Source: Faecalibaculum rodentium (lineage in GTDB: Bacteria > Bacillota_I > Bacilli_A > Erysipelotrichales > Erysipelotrichaceae). Taken from it: 32,000 nt of DNA. The DNA is taken from assembly GCF_001564455.1 (NCBI RefSeq), contig NZ_CP011391.1, forward strand, positions 1,530,001 through 1,562,000, written 5' to 3'. The notes beneath the pieces are model-generated. The model saw only the letters and a list, made by a program, of their open reading frames with translations, was not told the origin of the DNA and made no database searches. Made by a program: the position numbers and the translations under genes. Shown in pieces: positions 1 to 7,178 of this stretch (the stretch's first letter is position 1; each line of letters opens with the position of its first letter).

Positions 1-584
1 GTGTATTCAAAAATCCGGCCGACACCGCCCTTGACGGACAGGCGCCTGAGCAGTTCCAGGATGATGTCCTTGGAGCTCACGCCGTGGGGCAGTTCCCCCT
101 CCAGGCGCACATTGACCACTTCGGGGTACGTGATGCGGTAGGTCAGGCCCGCCATGGCTTTGGCCACGTCCAGGCCGCCTGCACCCATGGCAATGGAGGC
201 CATGGCCCCGGCTGTGGGGGTATGGGAGTCCGAGCCGATGAGTGTGCGGCCGGGTTTCGCAAAGCGTTCCAGGTGCACCTGGTGGCAGATGCCGTTGCCC
301 GGGCGGGAGAACAGCACGCCGTGTTTCGCCGCGACGGACTGGAGATAGGCATGGTCGTCTGCATTCATGTAGCCGGACTGCAGCGTGTTGTGATCCACGT
401 AGGAAACGGAGAGTTCGGTTTTGACCTGGTCAACACCCATGGCCTCAAGCTGTATATAGGCCATGGTGCCGGTGGCGTCCTGTGTCAGGGTCTGGTCAAT
501 GACCAGCTCCACCGGTTCTCCGGCTTTGGGGGTGCCGGAGGCAACATGGCTGTCAAGAATCTTCTGTACCAGATTTTTCGGCAT
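1..584 (-). CDS. acn: aconitate hydratase, N-terminal part (gene continues past the left window edge)
   Basis: Absent from the ORF track because it runs off the edge. My minus-strand translation from ATG 584..582 reads MPKNLVQKILDSHVASGTPKAGEPVELVIDQTLTQDATGTMAYIQLEAMGVDQVKTELSVSYVDHNTLQSGYMNADDHAYLQSVAAKHGVLFSRPGNGICHQVHLERFAKPGRTLIGSDSHTPTAGAMASIAMGA. These are aconitase-family signatures (IDQTLTQD, GICHQV, GSDSHT). GAGGAA lies 5 nt upstream of the ATG. Confidence 0.85.
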   Translation of the reverse strand, partial: MPKNLVQKILDSHVASGTPKAGEPVELVIDQTLTQDATGTMAYIQLEAMGVDQVKTELSVSYVDHNTLQSGYMNADDHAYLQSVAAKHGVLFSRPGNGICHQVHLERFAKPGRTLIGSDSHTPTAGAMASIAMGAGGLDVAKAMAGLTYRITYPEVVNVRLEGELPHGVSSKDIILELLRRLSVKGGVGRIFEY

Positions 585-752
585 GTCTGTTCCTCATTTC
601 TTCATGAAAAGCATTATACCAAAGGCAATCCGGATTTTGTAAAAAATTTTCAGTCCTGCAACAAGTTTCATGCTTCGTGCTATAATGTCAAAACCACAGT
701 CATGCCGCCCGGCATCGGCATGATGACTTGCAAGGAAGGAAACTGTATCTGT

Positions 753-2036
753 ATGGAACTGGAAAAAGATGACCTGCGGGCGCTGTACAACCGGAGCGCA
801 GAGAACAACCTCATCGACCCCTCGCTGTATGCCCGGTATCGGGTGAAGCAGGGGCTGCGAAACGAAAACGGCACAGGCGTGAAGGTGGGCCTCACGCGGA
901 TCTGTGACGTGGTGGGCTACCAGATGATCCACGGACACAAGCACGACACCGAGGGACAGCTGATCTACCGCGGGTACACGATCGACGAACTCGTCCGGCG
1001 GCAGAAGGAAGCGGGCACGGCCATGGGTTATGAAACGACGGCGTTCCTGCTCATCTTCGGCCACCTGCCGGATGAGCAGGAGCTGCAGGCATTCCGCACC
1101 ACGCTGCTGCACAACATCCACACGGATTTCATTGCAGCGAAATACCCCACCAGCAACCTGCTCAATGCCATGCAGATCGAGGTGCTGAAAATGTACGCGC
1201 AGGACGACAACCCGGACAACGACCGTCTGGAGGACCGGATGGTGAAGGGTCTGTCCATCCTGGCCTCCCTGCCCCTGTTCGTGTTCTCGTGCCACACCAG
1301 CGAAAAGCTCACGGCCTATCCCCTGCCAGACGGCTCACTGGCGGAAAACATCCTGTATATGGACCGGCAGGGCGGCTCCTTCACAGCGGAGGAAGCCAAT
1401 GTACTGGACATCCTGCTCATGATCCACGCCGACCACGGCGGAGGCAACAACTCGGCATTCACAGACGTCGTGCTCACAAGCACCGGCACAGACATCTATT
1501 CCTGCATTTCGGCAGCCATGGGATCCCTGAAAGGGCCCAAGCACGGCGGGGCAGCGAACAAGATGGCGCAGATGTACGATGCGATTCTGGAAGAGACAGG
1601 CATCACGACGGATCCCGCTGTGCTGGAGGATGTGTGCTGGCGGCTGCTGTCGAAGGACTTCGGGGACAGAAGCGGCCTGATTTACGGGATCGGCCATGCA
1701 ATCTACACGAAAAGCGACCCCAGGGCCCGGATGATCCGGGAAGCCTGCCGGCAGCTGGCGGCGGAAAAAGGCGAGGAGGAAGCCTTCGCCATGATGGAGG
1801 CGCTGGAACAGACCGCCTGCCGGGTGATGAAGAAAGCCAAGGGCGTGCAGGTGTGTGCCAATGTGGACTTCTATTCGGGATTTGCCTACCGGATGCTGGG
1901 CATCGAGCCGGAGCTCTTTGTGCCGCTCTTTGCGATTTCCCGGACCGCAGGCTGGATCGCCCATCACCTGGAGAACCGGCAGAACAACCGGAAACTCATC
2001 CGGCCGGCCAACATCTACGTCGGGGAACGCCTGTAG
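753..2036 (+). CDS. gltA: citrate synthase
   Basis: The 3' two thirds of ORF 84..2036 carry citrate synthase motifs (DHGGGNNSAF, GIGHAIYTKSDPRA, NVDFYSG). I place the start at ATG 753 (MELEKDDLRALY...), 12 nt after AAGGAAGGA. The N-terminal 220 codons of the track ORF are antisense to the aconitase gene. Confidence 0.9.
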   Translation: MELEKDDLRALYNRSAENNLIDPSLYARYRVKQGLRNENGTGVKVGLTRICDVVGYQMIHGHKHDTEGQLIYRGYTIDELVRRQKEAGTAMGYETTAFLLIFGHLPDEQELQAFRTTLLHNIHTDFIAAKYPTSNLLNAMQIEVLKMYAQDDNPDNDRLEDRMVKGLSILASLPLFVFSCHTSEKLTAYPLPDGSLAENILYMDRQGGSFTAEEANVLDILLMIHADHGGGNNSAFTDVVLTSTGTDIYSCISAAMGSLKGPKHGGAANKMAQMYDAILEETGITTDPAVLEDVCWRLLSKDFGDRSGLIYGIGHAIYTKSDPRARMIREACRQLAAEKGEEEAFAMMEALEQTACRVMKKAKGVQVCANVDFYSGFAYRMLGIEPELFVPLFAISRTAGWIAHHLENRQNNRKLIRPANIYVGERL

Positions 2037-2086
2037 AGACTGCGGATCCCGCCTGGACAAAATCACAGAGAAACCCATATCACGAC

Positions 2087-2121
2087 AGGATGGACCTTCG
2101 AATTCGGGTCCGTCCTTTTTC
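2087..2121 (+). terminator. intrinsic terminator after citrate synthase
   Basis: AGGATGGACC (2087-2096) pairs with GGTCCGTCCT (2107-2116), one G.U pair, followed by a T run. Confidence 0.6.
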
Positions 2122-2218
2122 TGTGCGGATTCGTGTTTCTGTTGAGATCCATATCGGCTCCGCGCTGCCTGCGGCCGGAACCTGGAGCCAAGGATTGCGG
2201 ATTCTGCGGTCAAGACAC

Positions 2219-2256
2219 ACAAAAAGCCGGGTCCTTTGTGGCGGTCAGACCCGGCT
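2219..2256 (-). terminator. intrinsic terminator after icd
   Basis: AGCCGGGTC (2225-2233) pairs with GACCCGGCT (2248-2256). On the minus strand it is followed by TTTTTGTGTG. Confidence 0.55.
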
Positions 2257-2298
2257 TTGTCATCATCATGTCTGCTGTCGGATGGTTTCTGCCCTGTC

Positions 2299-3507
2299 TC
2301 AGGCAGCGGCTTCCATTTCGTCGCGGATGGCTTCCAGGAAGGCCCTGGAGTCCAGCTTCTGTGCCGGCACATCCCCGGACCACAGGCCCACCAGGTCGCC
2401 GGTCATCTTACCGCCTTCAATGGTGCGGATGCACGCAGCTTCCAGACCTTCGGCAAATTCCACCAGTTCCGGGATCTCGTCCAGTTCCCCGCGTTTGCGC
2501 AGCGCCCCGGTCCAGGCAAAGATCGTCGCCACGGGGTTGGTGCTTGTGCTCTCACCCTTGAGCCACTTGTAATAGTGTCTTGTCACGGTGCCGTGGGCTG
2601 CCTCGTATTCATAGTTGCCTTCCGGGGACACAAGCACGGATGTCATCATGGCCAGGGACCCGAAGGCGGTGGAGATCATGTCGCTCATGACATCCCCATC
2701 GTAGTTCTTGCATGCCCAGATGTAGCCGCCGCGGCTGCGGATCACGCGGGCAACGGCGTCGTCGATCAGCGTGTAAAAGTAGTCCAGGCCGGCTTTCCCG
2801 AAGGCTTCTTTGTATTCCGCATCAAAGATCTCCTGGAAGATGTCCTTGAAACGGTGATCGTATTTCTTGGAGATCGTGTCCTTGGAGGAAAACCACAGAT
2901 CCTTGCCCTGGTCCAGGGCGTACTGGAAGCAGCTCCGGGCAAAGGAGGCAATGGAGTCGTCCTTGTTGTACTGCCCCTGGAGTACACCGGGTCCCTCGAA
3001 GCGGAAGACCACGGCTTTTTCCGTGCTGCCGGAATCCGATTCGAAGACCAGGCTGGCAGTACCGGGCTCCGTGATCCGCATTTCCTGGTTGCGGTACACA
3101 TCCCCGTAGGCATGACGGGCAATCGTGATGGGTTCCTTCCAGTTTTTCACCACCGGCTCGATGCCTTTGACCATGATCGGCGTGCGGAACACCGTGCCGT
3201 CCAGGATCGCCCGGATCGTGCCATTGGGGGATTTCCACATTTCGCTCAGGTTGTACTCCTCGACGCGCTGCGCATTGGGGGTGATGGTGGCACACTTCAC
3301 GGCGACACCCAGCCGCTTGCTGGCCTCGGCGGCATCCACCGTGATCTGGTCCTTCGTGGCTTCCCGGGCGGGCAGGCCCAGGTCATAGTATTCGGTCTTC
3401 AGGTCGATATAGGGCTCCAGCAGGATTTCCTTGATGTCCTTCCACAGGACACGGGTCATTTCGTCCCCGTCCATCTCCACCAGAGGGGTTTTCATCTGAA
3501 TTTTCAT
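2299..3507 (-). CDS. icd: NADP-dependent isocitrate dehydrogenase (homodimeric, eukaryote-like subfamily, 402 aa)
   Basis: ORF 2299..3615 matches type II IDH throughout ([22 protein letters not shown]..., [34 protein letters not shown]). Start taken at ATG 3507, preceded by AAAGGAGAC. Confidence 0.92.
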   Translation of the reverse strand: MKIQMKTPLVEMDGDEMTRVLWKDIKEILLEPYIDLKTEYYDLGLPAREATKDQITVDAAEASKRLGVAVKCATITPNAQRVEEYNLSEMWKSPNGTIRAILDGTVFRTPIMVKGIEPVVKNWKEPITIARHAYGDVYRNQEMRITEPGTASLVFESDSGSTEKAVVFRFEGPGVLQGQYNKDDSIASFARSCFQYALDQGKDLWFSSKDTISKKYDHRFKDIFQEIFDAEYKEAFGKAGLDYFYTLIDDAVARVIRSRGGYIWACKNYDGDVMSDMISTAFGSLAMMTSVLVSPEGNYEYEAAHGTVTRHYYKWLKGESTSTNPVATIFAWTGALRKRGELDEIPELVEFAEGLEAACIRTIEGGKMTGDLVGLWSGDVPAQKLDSRAFLEAIRDEMEAAA

Positions 3508-3528
3508 GCAAGTCTCCTTTACGTTCTG

Positions 3529-3557
3529 AGGGTAGCACCGCGTGAAAAGTTTTTCAA
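3529..3557 (-). promoter_or_regulatory. candidate icd promoter (TTGAAA-17-TACCCT)
   Basis: Minus strand TTGAAA (3557-3552), 17-nt spacer, TACCCT (3534-3529). It lies between the intron 3' end and the icd RBS. The -10 is weak and keeps only T1, A2 and T6. Confidence 0.3.
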
Positions 3558-3651
3558 GAAAACCTGAAAACGGAGGGCCGCTTTCACACCGATGACTGCC
3601 GAAGCCGGTGGCCATCAGATGCTGCCAATGCCGGCCATCACCGGCATGTCA

Positions 3652-3712
3652 ATCGAGTAGGTGTCATCTGACCCTCTCACACCACCCAGCGTGCCGTTCG
3701 GCACTGGGCGGT
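3652..3712 (-). ncRNA. group II intron domains V and VI
   Basis: DV reads ACCGCCCAG-UGCC-GAAC-GGCA-CG-CUGGGUGGU: a 9-bp lower helix with a CGC triad and a G.U wobble, a 2-nt 3' bulge, a 4-bp upper helix and a tetraloop. After a 4-nt linker, DV is followed by DVI, GAGGGUCAGAUGACACCUACUC, whose bulged A lies 7 nt from the 3' end. Confidence 0.65.
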
Positions 3713-5026
3713 TCGTACAAATGTTTTCATGAACCTTACTGCCACCGTATCGAAGTATTCCTCCATGGATAGAAGGCCTTTCTTTTTCAGGTGTATATTT
3801 CTGATATACTTGTTCAGGAATGTGATTGCACAACGGACATATCCCTGTCGTGCACACGCATATGAGTGAGCCTTGTCTCTGGGACATCCCAGTTTGATGA
3901 GGCTCTCTTCTTTTTTCCTGATGCTTTTCCACTGCTTCCAGATGATGGCCCTGATTCTTCTCCGGAGCTTGCTGTCCAGTTTGCGCACCGTTTCTTTATA
4001 CAGCCATGCACACCTGAAATAATTGCTCCATCCCCTGATGACCTGATTGATTTTTTCAATCCTCTCCTCAAGAGATACGCTCCAGTTCCGTTTTGTCAGC
4101 TTCATTATCTTCTGCTCGAACTCATGAATGGACTTCTCATGCGGTATCGCCTTCCATTCCCTTTTGTTCCTTTTGAAGCCAAACCCCAGATATTTCACTT
4201 CATCCGGTCTGGCCACTTTCGATTTTGAAGCATTCACTTCCAGCTTCAGCTTCTTTTCAAGATAGTTGCTGAATGACTTCATCACTCTGTTGGCGGCGGC
4301 TTCCGATTTCACATAGATGAGCATATCGTCTGCGTATCTCGTGAATCTCAGCCCTCTGCTTTCCAGTTCCTTGTCTGCCTGGTCCAGATAGATGTTGGCC
4401 AGTACCGGCGAAAGCGGCCCTCCCTGCGGGATGCCTCTTTCTGTCCTGACAAGCCTTCCGTCTATCATGACTCCCGCTCTGACGAACTTCCTTGTCAGCG
4501 ACGTGACGTCCCTGTTATGGAACAGGTTGTCTATCAGTCGTATCAGTCTGTCCTGGTCCACCGTGTCGAAGAATTTCCTCAGGTCGATGTCGACGATCCA
4601 GTCATACCCGTCGTTCATGAACTCAAGGCCTTTCAGTATCGCCTGTTCACATCTCCTGTTCTTCCTGAACCCGTATGAGCTGTTGCTCATCTCGAAGTCC
4701 TTCCTGTAATCCAGATAGTTTGCCAGACAGGCCTGTATGACTCTATCTCTGGCAGCCGGGACATTGAGCCCCCGCATGCTCCCATCCGGTTTCGGGATAT
4801 CGGTCCTTTTGGCTGGCAGTGGTTTATAACTGCGGCCCAGTATCTGTTCCCGCAGTCGCTCCCAATACTCTCCGGGGCAGGCAGGAAGTTCTCTGGCTTT
4901 GACTCCATCTACCCCTGCAGCTCCATTGTTTCGCCGTACCTGTCTGCACGCATTGGTCAGGTTCTCCATGGAGAAGATTTCCTGTGTGCTCAGGTCTTCC
5001 GGCTGTATCAGTCTGGTCTGGTTCAT
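3677..5026 (-). CDS. group II intron-encoded reverse transcriptase/maturase (no endonuclease domain)
   Basis: 449 aa with RT motifs (IPKPDGSMRGLNVP, GIPQGGPLSPVLANIYL, YADDMLIY) and the maturase X motif RGWSNYFR. There is no HNH motif in the C-terminus. Confidence 0.95.
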   Translation of the reverse strand: MNQTRLIQPEDLSTQEIFSMENLTNACRQVRRNNGAAGVDGVKARELPACPGEYWERLREQILGRSYKPLPAKRTDIPKPDGSMRGLNVPAARDRVIQACLANYLDYRKDFEMSNSSYGFRKNRRCEQAILKGLEFMNDGYDWIVDIDLRKFFDTVDQDRLIRLIDNLFHNRDVTSLTRKFVRAGVMIDGRLVRTERGIPQGGPLSPVLANIYLDQADKELESRGLRFTRYADDMLIYVKSEAAANRVMKSFSNYLEKKLKLEVNASKSKVARPDEVKYLGFGFKRNKREWKAIPHEKSIHEFEQKIMKLTKRNWSVSLEERIEKINQVIRGWSNYFRCAWLYKETVRKLDSKLRRRIRAIIWKQWKSIRKKEESLIKLGCPRDKAHSYACARQGYVRCAITFLNKYIRNIHLKKKGLLSMEEYFDTVAVRFMKTFVRTAQCRTARWVV

Positions 5027-5562
5027 GGCTGCTCCTTTCTTTCACGTGTTCCTGCACTGCCCTTCCTTACTCATCTTCAGGGGCTCTCTGGGTTTGTCCT
5101 TTATCGGTTTGTTGTGCAGGACGCATTCCTGATATTTGCAGTAAATTGTACGTTCGGCCCTTCACTCCATCCCCATTACAGGGACTTCTTCGCTACTATG
5201 GCCTCGGCTGACTTCCTGCCATTCGTTATTACTGCGGGAAGGGGGTCATCATGGTTTGATGATTCCTCTCGCTGGCAGGACCTCCCCGGGTAAGGTCATA
5301 CATCTTTCATTCCATATACCTGCCGCATTTACCCCAGACAGTCATCCGCAACTATTACGACTTTGCGCTGTTTCGCACGCTCGTCTCCGTCTGTGGCCTT
5401 ATATGCGGTTCGTGTTCCTCAGGCCGGAACTTTGCCGCCGGGCTTCTTTCAGAACTCCTGTTACCAGTGAGCCCCTTGCCTTGAGCTAATGGTTAGCGGT
5501 TGCGATGATACGCTCCCATAGTGGACTTTCACCACCTGGATGTATGCCATGCCGGGCACACG

Positions 5563-5596
5563 AAAAAAACCGGACGCTCCTGCAAGAAGCATCCGG
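5563..5596 (-). terminator. intrinsic terminator of the hydrolase gene; homing site of the intron
   Basis: Minus strand CCGGAUGCUUC/GAGCGUCCGG forms an 11-bp stem (two G.U pairs) with a 5-nt loop, followed by U7 (5569-5563). Confidence 0.75.
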
Positions 5597-5629
5597 CGTG
5601 TATGGGGGTCTGTGGTCAGTGACAGCGCC

Positions 5630-6324
5630 TCAGAACAGGCTGTTGAGCTGGGAAAACAGCATGATGGAAAGCTTGCCGGGGTTTTCCAGCACCAGGTCCC
5701 CATGATTCATGCCCTCCTGAACCTCCAGGGTGGAATTGCGGAGGTGCTTGAGCAGCAGCTGGCCTGTCTGGCGCACCCCCTTGCCTTCGAGGCTGCCATG
5801 CACGATCCGCGTGCGGGCTTTTCTCGACAAAACTCCGGGGGCTGCCAGGCACTCATGGCACGGAAGACCGGCTCCAGTTCCCGGAACGGCGGGATCTGGC
5901 CGACCTGTTCCCGGATCCGGGGATTGCGGTACAGCGCCCGGTAGCGGAACTTCAGGAAGGCCGACGGGATCAGGGGCCTGGCCGGTTCCTGGAAGGAGAC
6001 GCCATCCAGAAACAGGTTCAGGTTCGAAAAGGGCATCCGCGAGGCGGTTTCCAGCGCCACCATGCCGCCCAGTCCCGAGCCGCCGATGAGCTCCACTTTC
6101 CCCTTGAATTCCCGGCGGATGAACTGCATCAGGGCATCGGCTTCTTCCTCGATGGACACGAAGGGACCCCTGGCATCACCATGGCCGGTGAGGTCTGGCA
6201 GAACGACGCAATAACGCCGTGCAAGCATTTTCGCCGTGGCGGCATACTGGTGATGGTTGAGGCCGGCATCATGGAGCAGGATCGCCACGGGACTGGTTCT
6301 GTCGCCAATGATCCTAAATTCCAT
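5630..6324 (-). pseudogene. alpha/beta-fold hydrolase interrupted by a -1 frameshift near 5829-5832
   Basis: ORF 5707..6333 gives a plausible N-terminus (VAILLHDAGLNHHQY, GGSGLGGMVALE nucleophile elbow) and then decays into an R/C/S-rich tail. ORF 5630..5830 in another frame continues sensibly (SRKARTRIVHGSLEGKG...EGMNHGDLVLENP). Adding one T to the T4 run restores ...PPEFLSRKARTRIVHG. The start is probably ATG 6324, 8 nt after AGGAGG. Confidence 0.7.
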
Positions 6325-6712
6325 GTGCGCCACCTCCTGCCTGCGGGTCTGCGGGCTGTCCGGATCCTGCCGGATGGGGTGTGGCTTGTGCCTGTCCGCT
6401 GGTGGCTTTGTGCAGATCCTCCGTTAGGGGTCTGTCCGGATCCGCTGCCTGTCCCGGTTCTGCAGGTGCATCTGCAGCCGGCTGTGTCCCGGCCGGCCGG
6501 GTTTCTTCCGGTTCGGGATCCAGTGTCAGGAGCACACTGGGGTCGTCCATGAATGTCCGGACCACGGTGCCGCAGTTGAGGCACAGGATGTGATACAGAC
6601 TCCCGGGTTCCAGTGTCACGATCTCGCTGTAGACCAGCCTGCCATCCGGCCGCTGTCTGGCCAGCACGAAGTTCTGCCCGTGGCAGTATGGACAGATGTC
6701 CTGATGATACAT
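6314..6712 (-). CDS. small zinc-ribbon protein with a Pro/Ala/Gln-rich disordered tail (hypothetical)
   Basis: The ORF contains CPYC...CLNC (MYHQDICPYCHGQNFV...HILCLNCGTVV). ATG 6712 lies 8 nt after AAGGAAG; the track ORF starts at GTG 6721. The stop overlaps the hydrolase start by 11 nt. Confidence 0.55.
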   Translation of the reverse strand: MYHQDICPYCHGQNFVLARQRPDGRLVYSEIVTLEPGSLYHILCLNCGTVVRTFMDDPSVLLTLDPEPEETRPAGTQPAADAPAEPGQAADPDRPLTEDLHKATSGQAQATPHPAGSGQPADPQAGGGAHGI

Positions 6713-6873
6713 CTTCTTCACTTCCTTTCCCTGTCTGGTGTCTGTCCGGCTTTTCAGCCGGTTTCACCGGTTTGTTTCACTGTTACATTATGCCATGTTT
6801 TTTCGCTGCCTGCCCGTCGTCTCCCCATCCGGTCCGGGGACTGTGCCTGACCAGGGGATGCTGTCTGCGGTCA

Positions 6874-6907
6874 TAGATAAAGAAAAGACGGGAATCACTC
6901 CCCGTCT
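6874..6907 (-). terminator. intrinsic terminator ending the 622-aa/86-aa operon
   Basis: AAGACGGG (6885-6892) pairs with CCCGTCTT (6900-6907), with the stop codon in the loop. On the minus strand it is followed by TTCTTTATCT. Confidence 0.55.
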
Positions 6908-7155
6908 TCTTTCTTCGGCCTTGGGTCTGGAGCCTGGGTTTTCAGCGTCACAATGTATGTGCCGTCCTTGGGGTACGGGCTGGTGTCCTTCTGGTCCGAG
7001 AGGATCTCCAGTTCGCAGGGAAAGCCGGCTGCTTCCAGCTCTTCCAGGAGTTTGTCCTTCCCCAGTTTCTTGGTCAGCGCACGTCCCACGGCGCAGTTTC
7101 CATACTGCTCCAGACAGTGCAGGACCCATTCCGGGATCGCGTTCTTTGCCGTCAT
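6895..7155 (-). CDS. hypothetical 86-aa protein
   Basis: The ORF lies 23 nt downstream of the 622-aa gene on the same strand. Its codon usage resembles its neighbours and it ends in a terminator. I recognise no family. Confidence 0.5.
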   Translation of the reverse strand: MTAKNAIPEWVLHCLEQYGNCAVGRALTKKLGKDKLLEELEAAGFPCELEILSDQKDTSPYPKDGTYIVTLKTQAPDPRPKKEDGE

Positions 7156-7178
7156 CCGTTTCTGTGCCTTCCCGTGAC

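Larger units (their letters stand above)
3652..5561 (-). mobile_element. group II intron, bacterial class C-like (about 1.9 kb)
   Basis: The 5' end is GUGUGCCCGG, starting at 5561 directly after a terminator hairpin plus U7. An internal RT/maturase ORF is present. Domain V lies at 3681-3712 and domain VI has a bulged A at 3658. The intron ends ...CUCGAU at 3652. Confidence 0.8.

Noticed and set aside
84-752. The N-terminal 223 codons of the 650-aa track ORF would extend citrate synthase upstream.
   Set aside because: This part is antisense to the clearly recognisable aconitase gene (1-584). It has Gly/His/Val/Ala-rich shadow composition, and citrate synthase homology only begins after ATG 753, which has its own RBS.
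1289-3567. Long ORFs overlapping citrate synthase and icd: 1289..2572 +, 1335..2372 -, 2133..2561 + and 2236..3567 +.
   Set aside because: They are out of frame with or antisense to genes carrying unambiguous family signatures. They have Arg/Pro/Gly/His-rich composition typical of off-frame reading of GC-rich coding DNA and no recognisable motifs.
3628-3651. TTGACA lies exactly at the predicted 3' exon start, followed by the hairpin ATGCCGG-N6-CCGGCAT. This could be a promoter or a second intron target.
   Set aside because: No -10 element lies at a suitable distance from the TTGACA. The hairpin has no U tract and lies downstream, not upstream, of the insertion point, so it does not fit the IIC targeting rule. 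It is probably ordinary intergenic structure.
5521-5533. GGUGAAAGUCCAC on the minus strand resembles the conserved GAAAGUCC core of RNase P RNA.
   Set aside because: It lies 30-40 nt inside the group II intron (domain I). None of the other RNase P conserved regions or helices are nearby. It could instead contain the GAAA complementary to the UUUC that ends the 5' exon (a candidate EBS1), but I cannot verify that.
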